DNA from: an uncultured Gammaproteobacteria bacterium | GTDB lineage: Bacteria; Patescibacteriota; Microgenomatia; UBA8517 | Assembly (NCBI GenBank): GCA_964599625.1 | Contig: CAZRGC010000002.1 | Span: 71,883-135,882 of the forward strand | DNA length: 64,000 bases | Reading direction: 5' to 3' | Part shown: positions 1 through 9,738 of the stretch, in pieces | Position numbering within the stretch: position 1 is the first letter of the stretch | Layout: each line of letters starts with the position of its first letter | Program-made: the position numbers and the translations under genes | The notes under the pieces: model-generated | Databases searched by the model: none | What the model was told of the DNA's origin: nothing | What the model saw: the letters and a program-made list of their open reading frames with translations, nothing else

Positions 1-8
1 GGTCACTT

Positions 9-1091
9 TTGGCACAAAGGGTGTCTCAAAAGATAGGAGACATATTTATTTTGATAAAAGGCGAAAACGAATTTGTCACAAAAAAAATAGCAGAATGCTC
101 AACGGGACTAAGTTTTGAATCGGGGAGGCAGTGCTGGGAGAGAGCAATTGGTGACGTTGATAAGATTTTTGGAACAAACACAGCTTTTGATTTCCTACAA
201 AAAGCATCTTCTTTGGACCCCCAGATTCAGGGCACCTGTCATTATTATTCTGAATACATTGGGTTTTTGGCTTACGAAAGATTTTTCAGGGGCCAAAAAC
301 CTGAAATATATAAATCTGCCGATATCTGCGGATATGGTTTTTATCATGCTTTTTTGCAGGAACTTGTTAGTCATACCAAAGACATAAGCCAGGCATATGA
401 GTATTGCGAAGGTCTGGATTATGGGGGAAGTGGTAGTTTTGGAAAAGAGAATTGCATACAAGGTATGGGTATAGGACTAGTTTTTATGAATGCAGGAGTT
501 TATTACGGAATGGATGACATTATTGTAAATCTATCCGCAAGCGAATGTGGAAAATTTTTCTCAAAAGATTCGGAGATTGCAGACATTTGCATTAATGGTG
601 TTTTTTCCGGTTTGGCACATTTGTATTTTGGGGATCACGGTATTTACCTGGACCTTAAAAAGGAAGACCCTTTTTGGGTTTGCAGAAATTTTGACATAAG
701 CTTGCAGCGGGAGTGTTACCCTGCACTGTCAGAAGTTGTTTATTATTCCGGTGGTGAAGATATAAATAAAACTGTAAACCATATTTCTGCTATCAAAGAT
801 GATATTGCAAGGCGCTTAACTGCAGAAAAGTTAGGCATAGCTATTTATAGTTCCGGGTACTTTAAAGGCAGACAACACTCACCTTTATTTGTATGTAAAT
901 TTCCTGATACAGAAGTTTCTGAATCTTGTTTCGATGGCTATATAAAGCGTTATATAGCAGTGGAGGTAAGAGCTTTAGAGGGTAAACTTAAAGAGGAAGT
1001 TTGTGAGATTCCCGACTTGCCTGATTATCGAAAAAAAACTTGCAATAAGTATTTAAAAATTTTTATAAACAACAATGAAAACGGATATTAA
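9..1091 (+). CDS. Cys-rich helical-repeat protein, His-motif family paralog 1 (probably 5'-truncated by window edge)
   Basis: 360-aa ORF, frame open to window start. Motifs CHYYSE, CGYGFYHA, CIQGMGIG, CINGVFSG, DPFWVC align with downstream paralogs. Confidence 0.8.
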   Translation: MAQRVSQKIGDIFILIKGENEFVTKKIAECSTGLSFESGRQCWERAIGDVDKIFGTNTAFDFLQKASSLDPQIQGTCHYYSEYIGFLAYERFFRGQKPEIYKSADICGYGFYHAFLQELVSHTKDISQAYEYCEGLDYGGSGSFGKENCIQGMGIGLVFMNAGVYYGMDDIIVNLSASECGKFFSKDSEIADICINGVFSGLAHLYFGDHGIYLDLKKEDPFWVCRNFDISLQRECYPALSEVVYYSGGEDINKTVNHISAIKDDIARRLTAEKLGIAIYSSGYFKGRQHSPLFVCKFPDTEVSESCFDGYIKRYIAVEVRALEGKLKEEVCEIPDLPDYRKKTCNKYLKIFINNNENGY

Positions 1092-2583
1092 AATAATTTT
1101 ATTTAGATTAGTTTTTGTGGCTTATCTTGTCTTTTGCGTATTTCTTGCCGTTAAACTTTTACCAAAAGTATCAAAAGTTGCTTCCGGCGAAGTCGTCGTT
1201 ACTTTTGATCTTAACAAGGGTTTTTCGCCGTCTGAGGTTGTTATCTCCAGAGGTACCACTGTTCGTTTTAGAAACATGAGTGGGGTCAACTTCTGGCCAG
1301 CCAGTGATTTTTATCCTCAAAATTCAAATTATCCGGACTTTGATCCTAAAAGGATAATTGAATCCGGTGGTGAGTGGAGTTTCCGTTTTGATAATACGGG
1401 GAGTTGGGGTTATCACGACCATATTAAGCCTATATTCAAAGGTGTTGTTGTTGTGACCGATGAAAAAAAGTTTCATATACAAAACAAGAGTACTTGTGGC
1501 GACTTATCAAAGTTGTCCTATGTTCAAAGGCAGCTTTGTTGGTATAACCAAATTAAAGAAGCCGTAAAAACAGGTGGTGTTGAAAAAGCGCTTGTGCTTT
1601 TTGAGTCGCTGTATAACAGTGAACCTTTGTTTTCTCAAGGCTGCCACGATGCAATGCATTTAATAGGAGATGAGGCGTATAGGGAGTACCGCAAGGGTGT
1701 TAAGTTTGACTTTAGTGAGGAAACCTCATTTTGTGGATACGGATTTTATCATGGGTTTATTGAAGCCATGCTTTATACAACAGCTGACTACAAAGAAGTC
1801 ACTGATTTTTGTGAGGAAGCGAATACTAATATCAAAAATATAGAATCGCCAAACGCAATTTATTCCTGTTATCACGGTATTGGACACTCAACATTCGATG
1901 CTCATGATCCGTCGTTGTGGGGGGATGAAAACAAAATGGTTGGCCCTGCGATAACAACTTGTGAACGAGTTACAAAAAACTATTCACAAGAAAAGACAAA
2001 ACAGTGTGTTACGGGAGTTTTCAACGCGTTGGGGATTGCATACGCAAACAACCTGTATAAGTTTAAACTAAAGGAATCAGATCCTGTTTGGTATTGTAGA
2101 AATCTGAACGATACTTATAAAAAGGCTTGCTTTATAGAAGTCTCTATGGCTTGGATAAATTCTCAAATGGGCGACTACGATTTCAAATTCAATGATGGAG
2201 CAAAGTTCATCCAGAATTTGAACGACGCGGTGGGTGAAGAAGCTGCCATTTTTGCATTGTCTTCGGAGTTTTCGAGACTTCATTTAAATGACTTTTCCGA
2301 CAAATCCCTTCTTGATAACTGCAGGAGTGTTCGGAAGGACTTATTTGATCAGTGCCTGGTGGGGGTACAGCTGGCACTTTTGAATTGGGGAAAACCTGGC
2401 GAAGAGTACGTGAGGGCACTTTCCTTTTGTGATAACGGAGTGTTTTCGGTTAATGAGAAACGAAGTTGCTATGGATATATTTTTAAGCACCTTCCCAATA
2501 TGTATTCCAAAGAAAAAAGAATTAGTATATGCGAAGGCCTGCTTGACCAGGTCATCAAATCACAATGCATAAACTCACAATAA
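1075..2583 (+). CDS. Membrane-anchored cupredoxin-domain + Cys/His-rich domain protein (paralog 2)
   Basis: N-terminal TM; cupredoxin-like segment (GFSPSEVVISRGTTVRF...GSWGYHDHIKP..KGVVVV); then CHDAMH, CGYGFYHG, CYHGIGH. Confidence 0.85.
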   Translation: MKTDIKIILFRLVFVAYLVFCVFLAVKLLPKVSKVASGEVVVTFDLNKGFSPSEVVISRGTTVRFRNMSGVNFWPASDFYPQNSNYPDFDPKRIIESGGEWSFRFDNTGSWGYHDHIKPIFKGVVVVTDEKKFHIQNKSTCGDLSKLSYVQRQLCWYNQIKEAVKTGGVEKALVLFESLYNSEPLFSQGCHDAMHLIGDEAYREYRKGVKFDFSEETSFCGYGFYHGFIEAMLYTTADYKEVTDFCEEANTNIKNIESPNAIYSCYHGIGHSTFDAHDPSLWGDENKMVGPAITTCERVTKNYSQEKTKQCVTGVFNALGIAYANNLYKFKLKESDPVWYCRNLNDTYKKACFIEVSMAWINSQMGDYDFKFNDGAKFIQNLNDAVGEEAAIFALSSEFSRLHLNDFSDKSLLDNCRSVRKDLFDQCLVGVQLALLNWGKPGEEYVRALSFCDNGVFSVNEKRSCYGYIFKHLPNMYSKEKRISICEGLLDQVIKSQCINSQ

Positions 2584-3818
2584 TTTTTTCAAAAACTAAT
2601 CTTTTGTGGCTGATCACAACTCTTTTAGTTGTTTTTTTTGTTTTCCTAAAAGTGGGTCCGATTGTTAACTTTGGGAATGGAATGCTTGAAATGTTTGCAG
2701 GAAAGGTAATAAAAAAATGCGCAAACGAGACATACCGTCCAGCATGTTATGACAATGAGATTCCCAAATTTGTTGACAGAAATATTCTTTCAATGGAACA
2801 GGCTTTTGCTATGAATTCAATAATCCAAAAATCCGACAAAGAATATTTGTATTGTCACATATTGGGACACAACTTGGCCGATTCAGAAACAAGAAAAAAC
2901 CCGGATAAGTGGCTTGAGGTTATTACGCGGTGTCCCACACTGGCATGCAACAACGGATGTGAACATGGAGCAATAATGAGGAGGTTCAAGGGCTCCGAAG
3001 TCCTTTCGGCTTCTCAAATAGAAGAAATTATTCCGGAGCTGAAACGGGCTTGTGAACCAAGAGGGAAGTGGGACCCTACCGAGCTGGAAAGATCAATGTG
3101 CTATCACTCCATTGGACACTTGGGCCTGTATATTACAGGAGCTGATATTGAAAAATCTTTGGAAATATGTAGTAAAGTGGGCATTAAAGAAGATGGAAGA
3201 AGCTATTATCAAACGTGTGTTTCGGGAGTTTTTATGCTTATATTTCAAAGTCTGGACAAAGACGATGAAGCTTTGGTTGTGAATGTCAAACCCCCGAAAG
3301 AAAAAGTGAACGAATTTTGTTCAAAATATAGCGGAGTGGAAAACACAGCCTGCAGGACGGAATCCTGGCCGTATTTTTTTGATGAATTTACTGAGCCTGG
3401 TGGGCTAACCAAATTTTGCAGTTTCACTCAGGATAGTTATTACAGAAACTGGTGTTTTGATACAGGGTTGCGGGGTAACCTCACTTTGAGATTGTTGCAA
3501 AAGGATGGCATTTCCGGAGTTGCAAAATACTGTTTGGGTCTGCCCGGTGATATAAAAGCAAGATGTTTTGCATCAGTTGCCAACAGCTGGGTCCAAGATG
3601 AACCCAACTACATAGCCGATTCGATTGCTTTGTGTGTTGAAGCTGACAAGTATGGCTACGCAGACGAGTGCTATAAGGGTCTTTTGTATTTTTCCAAGTT
3701 TAGTTTTAATTATGGTTCTGATCTGTGGAGGTCGTATTGTACAAACTTTCCCGAAAACCACAAACAAAAAAACTATAGACAAATGTGTTTGAAAGGAGAA
3801 ACTCCTGAGGGATGGTAA
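2565..3818 (+). CDS. Membrane-anchored Cys/His-rich protein (paralog 3)
   Basis: N-terminal TM; CHILGH, CNNGCEHG, CYHSIGH, CVSGVFM; closely similar to 5305..6528. Confidence 0.85.
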   Translation: MHKLTIIFSKTNLLWLITTLLVVFFVFLKVGPIVNFGNGMLEMFAGKVIKKCANETYRPACYDNEIPKFVDRNILSMEQAFAMNSIIQKSDKEYLYCHILGHNLADSETRKNPDKWLEVITRCPTLACNNGCEHGAIMRRFKGSEVLSASQIEEIIPELKRACEPRGKWDPTELERSMCYHSIGHLGLYITGADIEKSLEICSKVGIKEDGRSYYQTCVSGVFMLIFQSLDKDDEALVVNVKPPKEKVNEFCSKYSGVENTACRTESWPYFFDEFTEPGGLTKFCSFTQDSYYRNWCFDTGLRGNLTLRLLQKDGISGVAKYCLGLPGDIKARCFASVANSWVQDEPNYIADSIALCVEADKYGYADECYKGLLYFSKFSFNYGSDLWRSYCTNFPENHKQKNYRQMCLKGETPEGW

Positions 3819-5290
3819 AAAAAATCTTTTTTCGTTTCATTTTGATGATCTTTTTGTTTGCAGCGACCTGCCTGGTTGTTAGAGAGTCCGTATTTAAAAA
3901 TACAATTTTTTATACTGATAAAGGTTTTGCCCCGGCCGGAATACGAGTAGTAAGAGGCGATACCGTTACATTTATCAATCTGACAAACAGACAATTTTGG
4001 CCCGCGAGCGACCCTCATCCTCAGCATTCAATAGAACCAACATTTGACGCTCAAAACGGAATTGGTCTTTTGGGGAAATATAAAATATTTTTTAAAAACG
4101 ACGGAACGTATAGATACCACGATCATCTAAACCCTAAATTTAGGGGTGTAATAAAAGTTATTGATAAAGCTGTGGGTGCCGATGTATCACGCTGTACAGA
4201 GTTTACAGACAAGTACGAAAAGAAGCTTTGTTTCCTGGAATATTTAGAAGACATGCAGCTGGCAAAAGGTGATGTGAAAGCTTTATCAATGCTGGAGACA
4301 ATCGTATCGCAAAATTCTGATCTAAAGAGCGAGTGTCACTCAATGGCGCATAACATTGGTGAAATAGGTTATTGGTCATATTCGACGAATGCAAAAGTTA
4401 TAAATTCACAAAAAGTATCGGTCTGCGGGTTTGGCTATGTCCACGGTTTTATGCAGGAGTTTGCTCATCATTCTCCAGATTTCTACTCTAAAAGCAAATC
4501 CTTTTGTGACTATTTTTCAAAAGAAGTTAAATATGATTCAGACGATTGGCAAATTACTCCGGAAGATACCTGCTACAACGGAATAGGGCATGGAATTGTC
4601 TACCTCAACTTTGAGGATTATCGAAACGATCTTGTATCATTGGCCAGGACGTCTGGTGCAAAGTGTTCCGAAATAAATTCTGCACCCGCACCGCTTGATC
4701 ATTGTTTGCAGGGTGTTTTTAGCGGAATTTCGGGTTTGTATTTGGGAACTCACGGATTTTTCTTGCCACTTCCGGACACTGAGCCTCTTTCTTTGTGTAC
4801 CAAGTTTGACAAAGAGTATAAGTTAAGGTGTCTTGCCAACATGATTCCGGTGGTTGGGGTTATATATAATCACAACCTAGAGAACCTTCTGATGACTATC
4901 AAAAATATGTCAAAAGAGGATTTGGAACATTCTTACAGACTGGCGGGAGATATTGCAGCAAATTGGTACAGTGGAGGGGAAATTGATTCGGATAGTGTTG
5001 CAAAAGCATGCAGAAAACTAAGTAATCCCTTCAGCAAATATTGTATCAGTGGTTTTGTTGCCGCTCTTCCTAATATTTACGGGTACGAGGCAGATCCTGA
5101 ATTTGCCATGAATATTTGTAAAAAGGCATTAGTGGCGGCGGCCGGCTGCCAGACTGAATTTTTGCTTGAGTATGAAAAAATAAATCCAGACAAAATGGAG
5201 AGTGTATTGAGAGTATTGGAAGCAAAAGACTTCCATTTATTGTGTAGAAACCCCATAATCGGTAAATACTGTACATATTCAAATAATTGA
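3812..5290 (+). CDS. Membrane-anchored cupredoxin-domain + Cys/His-rich domain protein (paralog 4)
   Basis: N-terminal TM; FWPASDPHPQH...GTYRYHDHLNP cupredoxin; CHSMAH, CGFGYVHG, CYNGIGHG. Confidence 0.85.
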   Translation: MVKKIFFRFILMIFLFAATCLVVRESVFKNTIFYTDKGFAPAGIRVVRGDTVTFINLTNRQFWPASDPHPQHSIEPTFDAQNGIGLLGKYKIFFKNDGTYRYHDHLNPKFRGVIKVIDKAVGADVSRCTEFTDKYEKKLCFLEYLEDMQLAKGDVKALSMLETIVSQNSDLKSECHSMAHNIGEIGYWSYSTNAKVINSQKVSVCGFGYVHGFMQEFAHHSPDFYSKSKSFCDYFSKEVKYDSDDWQITPEDTCYNGIGHGIVYLNFEDYRNDLVSLARTSGAKCSEINSAPAPLDHCLQGVFSGISGLYLGTHGFFLPLPDTEPLSLCTKFDKEYKLRCLANMIPVVGVIYNHNLENLLMTIKNMSKEDLEHSYRLAGDIAANWYSGGEIDSDSVAKACRKLSNPFSKYCISGFVAALPNIYGYEADPEFAMNICKKALVAAAGCQTEFLLEYEKINPDKMESVLRVLEAKDFHLLCRNPIIGKYCTYSNN

Positions 5291-5304
5291 ATTTATATGA
5301 CTAT

Positions 5305-6528
5305 ATGAAAAATAAACCAGTGACTCTTTTTGCAATTTTGTTGACTATTTCCGGTTTATTTATTTTTTTTATACCTGTTTTTAATAATTTATCCAGCGAA
5401 TATAAAACAAGTTATTTTTCGAAAAAAATTATAGAGAAGTGCTCGAACGACAATTTTAGAAGGGTCTGCTATGACAGAGAGATTCCCAAACTTCTTAAAA
5501 AAGGCTTTGTAACAATGGAGGAAGCTTTTTTGATAACTAACGATATTCAAAAAAAGGACACCTCGTATTTGTATTGTCATACTTTGGGACATGAGTTGGC
5601 GGACATCGAAACTGCAAAAAATACAGATAAATGGCTGGACGTTATGGCGCGTTGTCCGAATTCTGCCTGCAATGGCGGGTGCGAACATGGGGCTGTTGTG
5701 CGAAAGTTCAAGGGCAGCGAGACACTGACAGATGCACAAATAGAGGCGATAATTCCAGAGATATCAACCGCCTGTGAACCCAGGGGTAGTTGGAGGCCTT
5801 CAGGGCTTGAGATATCACTTTGCTACCATTCGATGGGGCATTTGGGCATGTATATTACGAATGCTGATATTGAAAGGTCTTTAGACTTTTGCAAAGATGT
5901 TTCTAAAAAACCTGACGGACGTGATTATTACCAGACTTGTGTGCAGGGTGTGTTTATGATTATTTTCCAAGCAAGGGACAGTGACGATTTGGCCTTGGTT
6001 TCCAGAATTGCACCTAAAAAAGTTGAAATAGAATCTTTTTGTTCAAAATATAGCGGCATCGACATGGTGGCTTGCAGAATAGAGTCCTGGCCGCTTTTCT
6101 CCGAAGAACTCAGATCGGCAGAAGGTTTAACAAAGTTTTGCAGTTTTACAAATGATTCAAATTTTAGGAAATGGTGTTTTGATGACTCAGGAATGAGGGG
6201 TGGTCTTTCAATTGAAATATTACAGTCGAAAGGAATTTCTGGTGTTGCGGATTATTGTGTTTCGTTCCCTTCTGATATAAGAGAAAGGTGTTTTAGTTCG
6301 GTTGCCACTGCTTGGATACAGGATGAACCATCCTTTTTAAGTAAATCTATAGAGTTATGCCAAGAGGGCAGTAAGTACGGTTACTCAAACAAATGCTTTG
6401 ACGCACTTGCTTCTTATTCAGTTTTCAGATTGAATAAAGGTTCGGAAGAATGGTCCGATTATTGCACGGCGCTCCCGAGTTTTTATAAGGAAAAATGCCT
6501 TAAAGGTGAAGTGTCGGATTCTTGGTAA
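5305..6528 (+). CDS. Membrane-anchored Cys/His-rich protein (paralog 5)
   Basis: ATG 5305 preferred over TTG 5287; CHTLGH, CNGGCEHG, CYHSMGH; paralog of 2565..3818. Confidence 0.85.
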   Translation: MKNKPVTLFAILLTISGLFIFFIPVFNNLSSEYKTSYFSKKIIEKCSNDNFRRVCYDREIPKLLKKGFVTMEEAFLITNDIQKKDTSYLYCHTLGHELADIETAKNTDKWLDVMARCPNSACNGGCEHGAVVRKFKGSETLTDAQIEAIIPEISTACEPRGSWRPSGLEISLCYHSMGHLGMYITNADIERSLDFCKDVSKKPDGRDYYQTCVQGVFMIIFQARDSDDLALVSRIAPKKVEIESFCSKYSGIDMVACRIESWPLFSEELRSAEGLTKFCSFTNDSNFRKWCFDDSGMRGGLSIEILQSKGISGVADYCVSFPSDIRERCFSSVATAWIQDEPSFLSKSIELCQEGSKYGYSNKCFDALASYSVFRLNKGSEEWSDYCTALPSFYKEKCLKGEVSDSW

Positions 6529-6541
6529 CAACTACAACAAC

Positions 6542-7711
6542 ATGGTTAAAGCAGAAAATATTAGATTTGCCTTATTGATATTAATTCAGACATTTGCCAT
6601 GGTGCTAATTTCAATGGTTGTTCTGATTCTAACCTACGATAAGTTCAAAAGCGGGTCCAAATGCAGGACACTTTCGGATAACAAAGCAAAAATTGAATGT
6701 TGGAAACAAATTATCGATACCAATTTAGCCAAAGGCGATTTGGATGGAAGTATGAATCAAGTGGCCGAGTTTTATCAAATTGACGCTGTCTTTGCAGCCA
6801 ACTGCCACGATTTTACACACACGGTTGGGAAGAAAGCATACGAGCTGTTTTCCAAGGGGGTCAAATTCAAAGTGGGCGATAAAACCGCGTATTGTGCATA
6901 CGGCTTTTACCATGGTTTTATGGAAAGTTTGGTTTCTCAAAACGGAGATATAGAGACGGCACGCGACTTTTGTAAATTTGTGGATTCGGAGGTGGCAAAA
7001 ACCTCCCCTGGGGCCAAATTGGCATGCTATCACGGTATTGGCCATGGTTGGACAAATGTTCACGACGAGTCGCTTTGGGGAGATGAGCAGAAACTTATTC
7101 AGCCGGCTCTCACACTCTGTGAAAAAGTGACAAAGGACCCGGAAGAATTAAAGATCTGTGCAACAGGCGTTTTTGATTCAATTTCAATCGGGTATTACAA
7201 CTACCTTTACGAGTTGAAAATAAACAAAAAAGACCCATATTGGATCTGCAAGATCCAAAAAGAAAATTATAAAACACCATGCTACATGGATATTTCTCCG
7301 GCTGTTTTATGGCTTGGTGAATATCGCCTAGATAAAGCACTGAAATTTCTGCCCACCGTCGAAGAAAAGTTTAGAGATATTGTTGCTGTAACCCTTTCGG
7401 AAGATGCAGTCAGATTTATTTTGAAGGACGGATTGAAAATCGAAACCCAAATTGATATTTGTAGGGAATACAAAAATCCAGTATTAGATCTTTGCATTCA
7501 GGGCATAGCCTCTGGCTATTTGCAATTTGGACCGCCCCAGGAAGAGGAAAGGCTTGCTCTTAACTTTTGCTCGAATTCGTATTTAAACGACGAAGAGAAA
7601 AAAGTATGCTTTAAGCGTTTGGCGCAAAGCACCAAACAACTACTCTCGAATGATAGATATAAAGAGTCGTGTTCTAAAATTCCAGAAAATTATCGCGGAT
7701 ATTGTAACTAG
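6542..7711 (+). CDS. Membrane-anchored Cys/His-rich protein (paralog 6)
   Basis: ATG 6542 (ORF open from 6506); CHDFTH, CAYGFYHG, CYHGIGHG; similar to the C-terminal part of 1075..2583 (HDxSLWGDE). Confidence 0.85.
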   Translation: MVKAENIRFALLILIQTFAMVLISMVVLILTYDKFKSGSKCRTLSDNKAKIECWKQIIDTNLAKGDLDGSMNQVAEFYQIDAVFAANCHDFTHTVGKKAYELFSKGVKFKVGDKTAYCAYGFYHGFMESLVSQNGDIETARDFCKFVDSEVAKTSPGAKLACYHGIGHGWTNVHDESLWGDEQKLIQPALTLCEKVTKDPEELKICATGVFDSISIGYYNYLYELKINKKDPYWICKIQKENYKTPCYMDISPAVLWLGEYRLDKALKFLPTVEEKFRDIVAVTLSEDAVRFILKDGLKIETQIDICREYKNPVLDLCIQGIASGYLQFGPPQEEERLALNFCSNSYLNDEEKKVCFKRLAQSTKQLLSNDRYKESCSKIPENYRGYCN

Positions 7712-8744
7712 CAAGAACTTTGCCGAAAAGTCCTTGGTAGTTATTGGTTTTGTGCTTCTTATTCTTTTATTGAAGTTTACTTCACCTTGGGTGAAAGATG
7801 ACTGTAGGAAAAATAATTATTTGTATGGCTATAAATTTTATTTGTCGTACGATATCGGGGAATCGCCAATATTCAGGGAAATAAATGATAATGACAAATG
7901 TTACTATGAGTTTTTCCGGGGAATATTTGAGGCTTCAAATATTCCCTTTGCAAATTACAAAAAGCTGGAAGGCGTTTGTGATTACATTAACTCAAAATAC
8001 CCGGTTAAAAGTTGGAATCAATGCTATTTTAAACTTGGAATAGCTTCAACTTATACTAAGCGTGACAAGATAAACGACGCTAAATCACTGCAGAAGTTTA
8101 CCGATAAGAGAATAAAATTTTGCGAAGGTGCGGGTGTTTACAAAGGCGATTGTATCGTTGGTGTTTACACCGGAATAAATATTGCTTTTGAAAATAGAGA
8201 CAACGACTCAGTTTTTCAGATTAAAGATGGTGACCCATTCTGGCTTTGCAAAGTTGGAAAAGGGTTGGAATATAAGCTTCAATGTTACCGTAATCTGGTT
8301 TCTGTTCTTTATAAGTTTTATCCTGATGATTTTCCAAAAGCTCTGGAAGTCTTGAAAAATGACTTAAGTGATAGTTTCGAGCGCTTTGAGCTTTTTCTTA
8401 CTTATTTTTCTAGCTTGGCATATCGGGAAGAATATAGTTATCAAAAAGTTTCAGAACTTTGTAACAGTTTTAAAGATGCGTTTACGAGACATTCGTGCAT
8501 TCAGGGTTATGCAACCGGTATTGACGAGGTGGCGGCTAATGGCACAGAGGGCAAGGAAGTTATTAAATTTTGTATGAATCCAATTTTTAGCACATTTGAG
8601 AGGGGTGAGTGTATAAGACGCGGCTTTTTTGAGCTCCCAACAACTTGGGATTTGAATGAGAAAAAATCTGAATGTCTTAGGTTGTCGCCGATTAATTATC
8701 GTAAATACTGCAACGTGAGTATGGATATGCCTGTGCCATTATGA
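7650..8744 (+). CDS. Membrane-anchored Cys-rich protein, His-less paralog 7
   Basis: TM; same Cys scaffold (CYFKLG, CIVGVYTG, DPFWLC, CIQGYATG) but motif His absent; start uncertain. Confidence 0.8.
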   Translation: MIDIKSRVLKFQKIIADIVTSKNFAEKSLVVIGFVLLILLLKFTSPWVKDDCRKNNYLYGYKFYLSYDIGESPIFREINDNDKCYYEFFRGIFEASNIPFANYKKLEGVCDYINSKYPVKSWNQCYFKLGIASTYTKRDKINDAKSLQKFTDKRIKFCEGAGVYKGDCIVGVYTGINIAFENRDNDSVFQIKDGDPFWLCKVGKGLEYKLQCYRNLVSVLYKFYPDDFPKALEVLKNDLSDSFERFELFLTYFSSLAYREEYSYQKVSELCNSFKDAFTRHSCIQGYATGIDEVAANGTEGKEVIKFCMNPIFSTFERGECIRRGFFELPTTWDLNEKKSECLRLSPINYRKYCNVSMDMPVPL

Positions 8745-9721
8745 TTAGAAAGATAGTACTTATTGCTATACTGTTTCTGGTTTTTGTTGCAAATTTTGAT
8801 CCAACAACTTCTGATGACGGGAGGTTTTGCAAAGAGATCAATTACTTATCGGGAATAAGGTTTGGATTGTTGAACCACTTAAATATTTATTTTGGAGAAC
8901 CTGATGTTATTGCAGCTGATTCTTGCAACCTGGTTTTTTATTCTGGTCTTGCGAAATCTTTTGAACTAACCGGCAGTTACGAAAGCCTGAATTCGTCATG
9001 TCTTTTGATAAACAAGTCGTTTGCACCAAGACTCTGGGATCAGTGTTATTTTAAAGTTGGCGATGGGCTTGCGTACTCAAAAATTGCAGACAACCCAGGG
9101 AATGAAATCGTAATCAGAGAAGTTGACAGAGAATTGGAGTTTTGTAATGGAACAGCAAATCGTCTGAGTTGTATAGCCGGGGTCTTTACAGGGCTAAACA
9201 AAGCTTACACAAGCGACTTAAAAGCCGACAACAAGCACGAACCTTTTGGGGTATGTAACGCCATAAAACAGAACGAACACAAGCTTCAATGTATGAGAAA
9301 CATGGCCTCCTATCTTTATAATTTTGCAGGCGGCGATTTGGATTTGGCCATAAAGGTAATCGCGGATAATTCAGACAGCGACCTCGAAAAATACGAGGCT
9401 ACCCACACTTTGTTTTCTAGTTTGGCATTCATCAACGAGATAAAAGAAACTGATATCCCGAGAGTGTGTGTGGCATACAAAGACAGTGAAGTTAGATTTG
9501 CGTGTATATCCGGGTATGCAAACGGAATAACCGAGACTGCGGAAAGCGGAACGGAGACACCAAGAGTTATAACTTTTTGTATAAACCCGACTTTTAAGAA
9601 ACAAGAACAAGCTGAATGTCTTAGGAGGGCTTTTTCGGAAATACCCGTAGTCGATAAAAAGATGAACTGTCGGGAAAACGCCCCCGAAGAATTTGAACAT
9701 ATTTGCGGGAAAGTTGACTAG
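8741..9721 (+). CDS. Secreted/membrane Cys-rich protein, His-less paralog 8
   Basis: ATGA overlap with previous gene; CYFKVG, CIAGVFTG, EPFGVC, CISGYANG; similar to paralog 7. Confidence 0.82.
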   Translation: MIRKIVLIAILFLVFVANFDPTTSDDGRFCKEINYLSGIRFGLLNHLNIYFGEPDVIAADSCNLVFYSGLAKSFELTGSYESLNSSCLLINKSFAPRLWDQCYFKVGDGLAYSKIADNPGNEIVIREVDRELEFCNGTANRLSCIAGVFTGLNKAYTSDLKADNKHEPFGVCNAIKQNEHKLQCMRNMASYLYNFAGGDLDLAIKVIADNSDSDLEKYEATHTLFSSLAFINEIKETDIPRVCVAYKDSEVRFACISGYANGITETAESGTETPRVITFCINPTFKKQEQAECLRRAFSEIPVVDKKMNCRENAPEEFEHICGKVD

Positions 9722-9738
9722 GAAGTAAGAAAGTAAAT

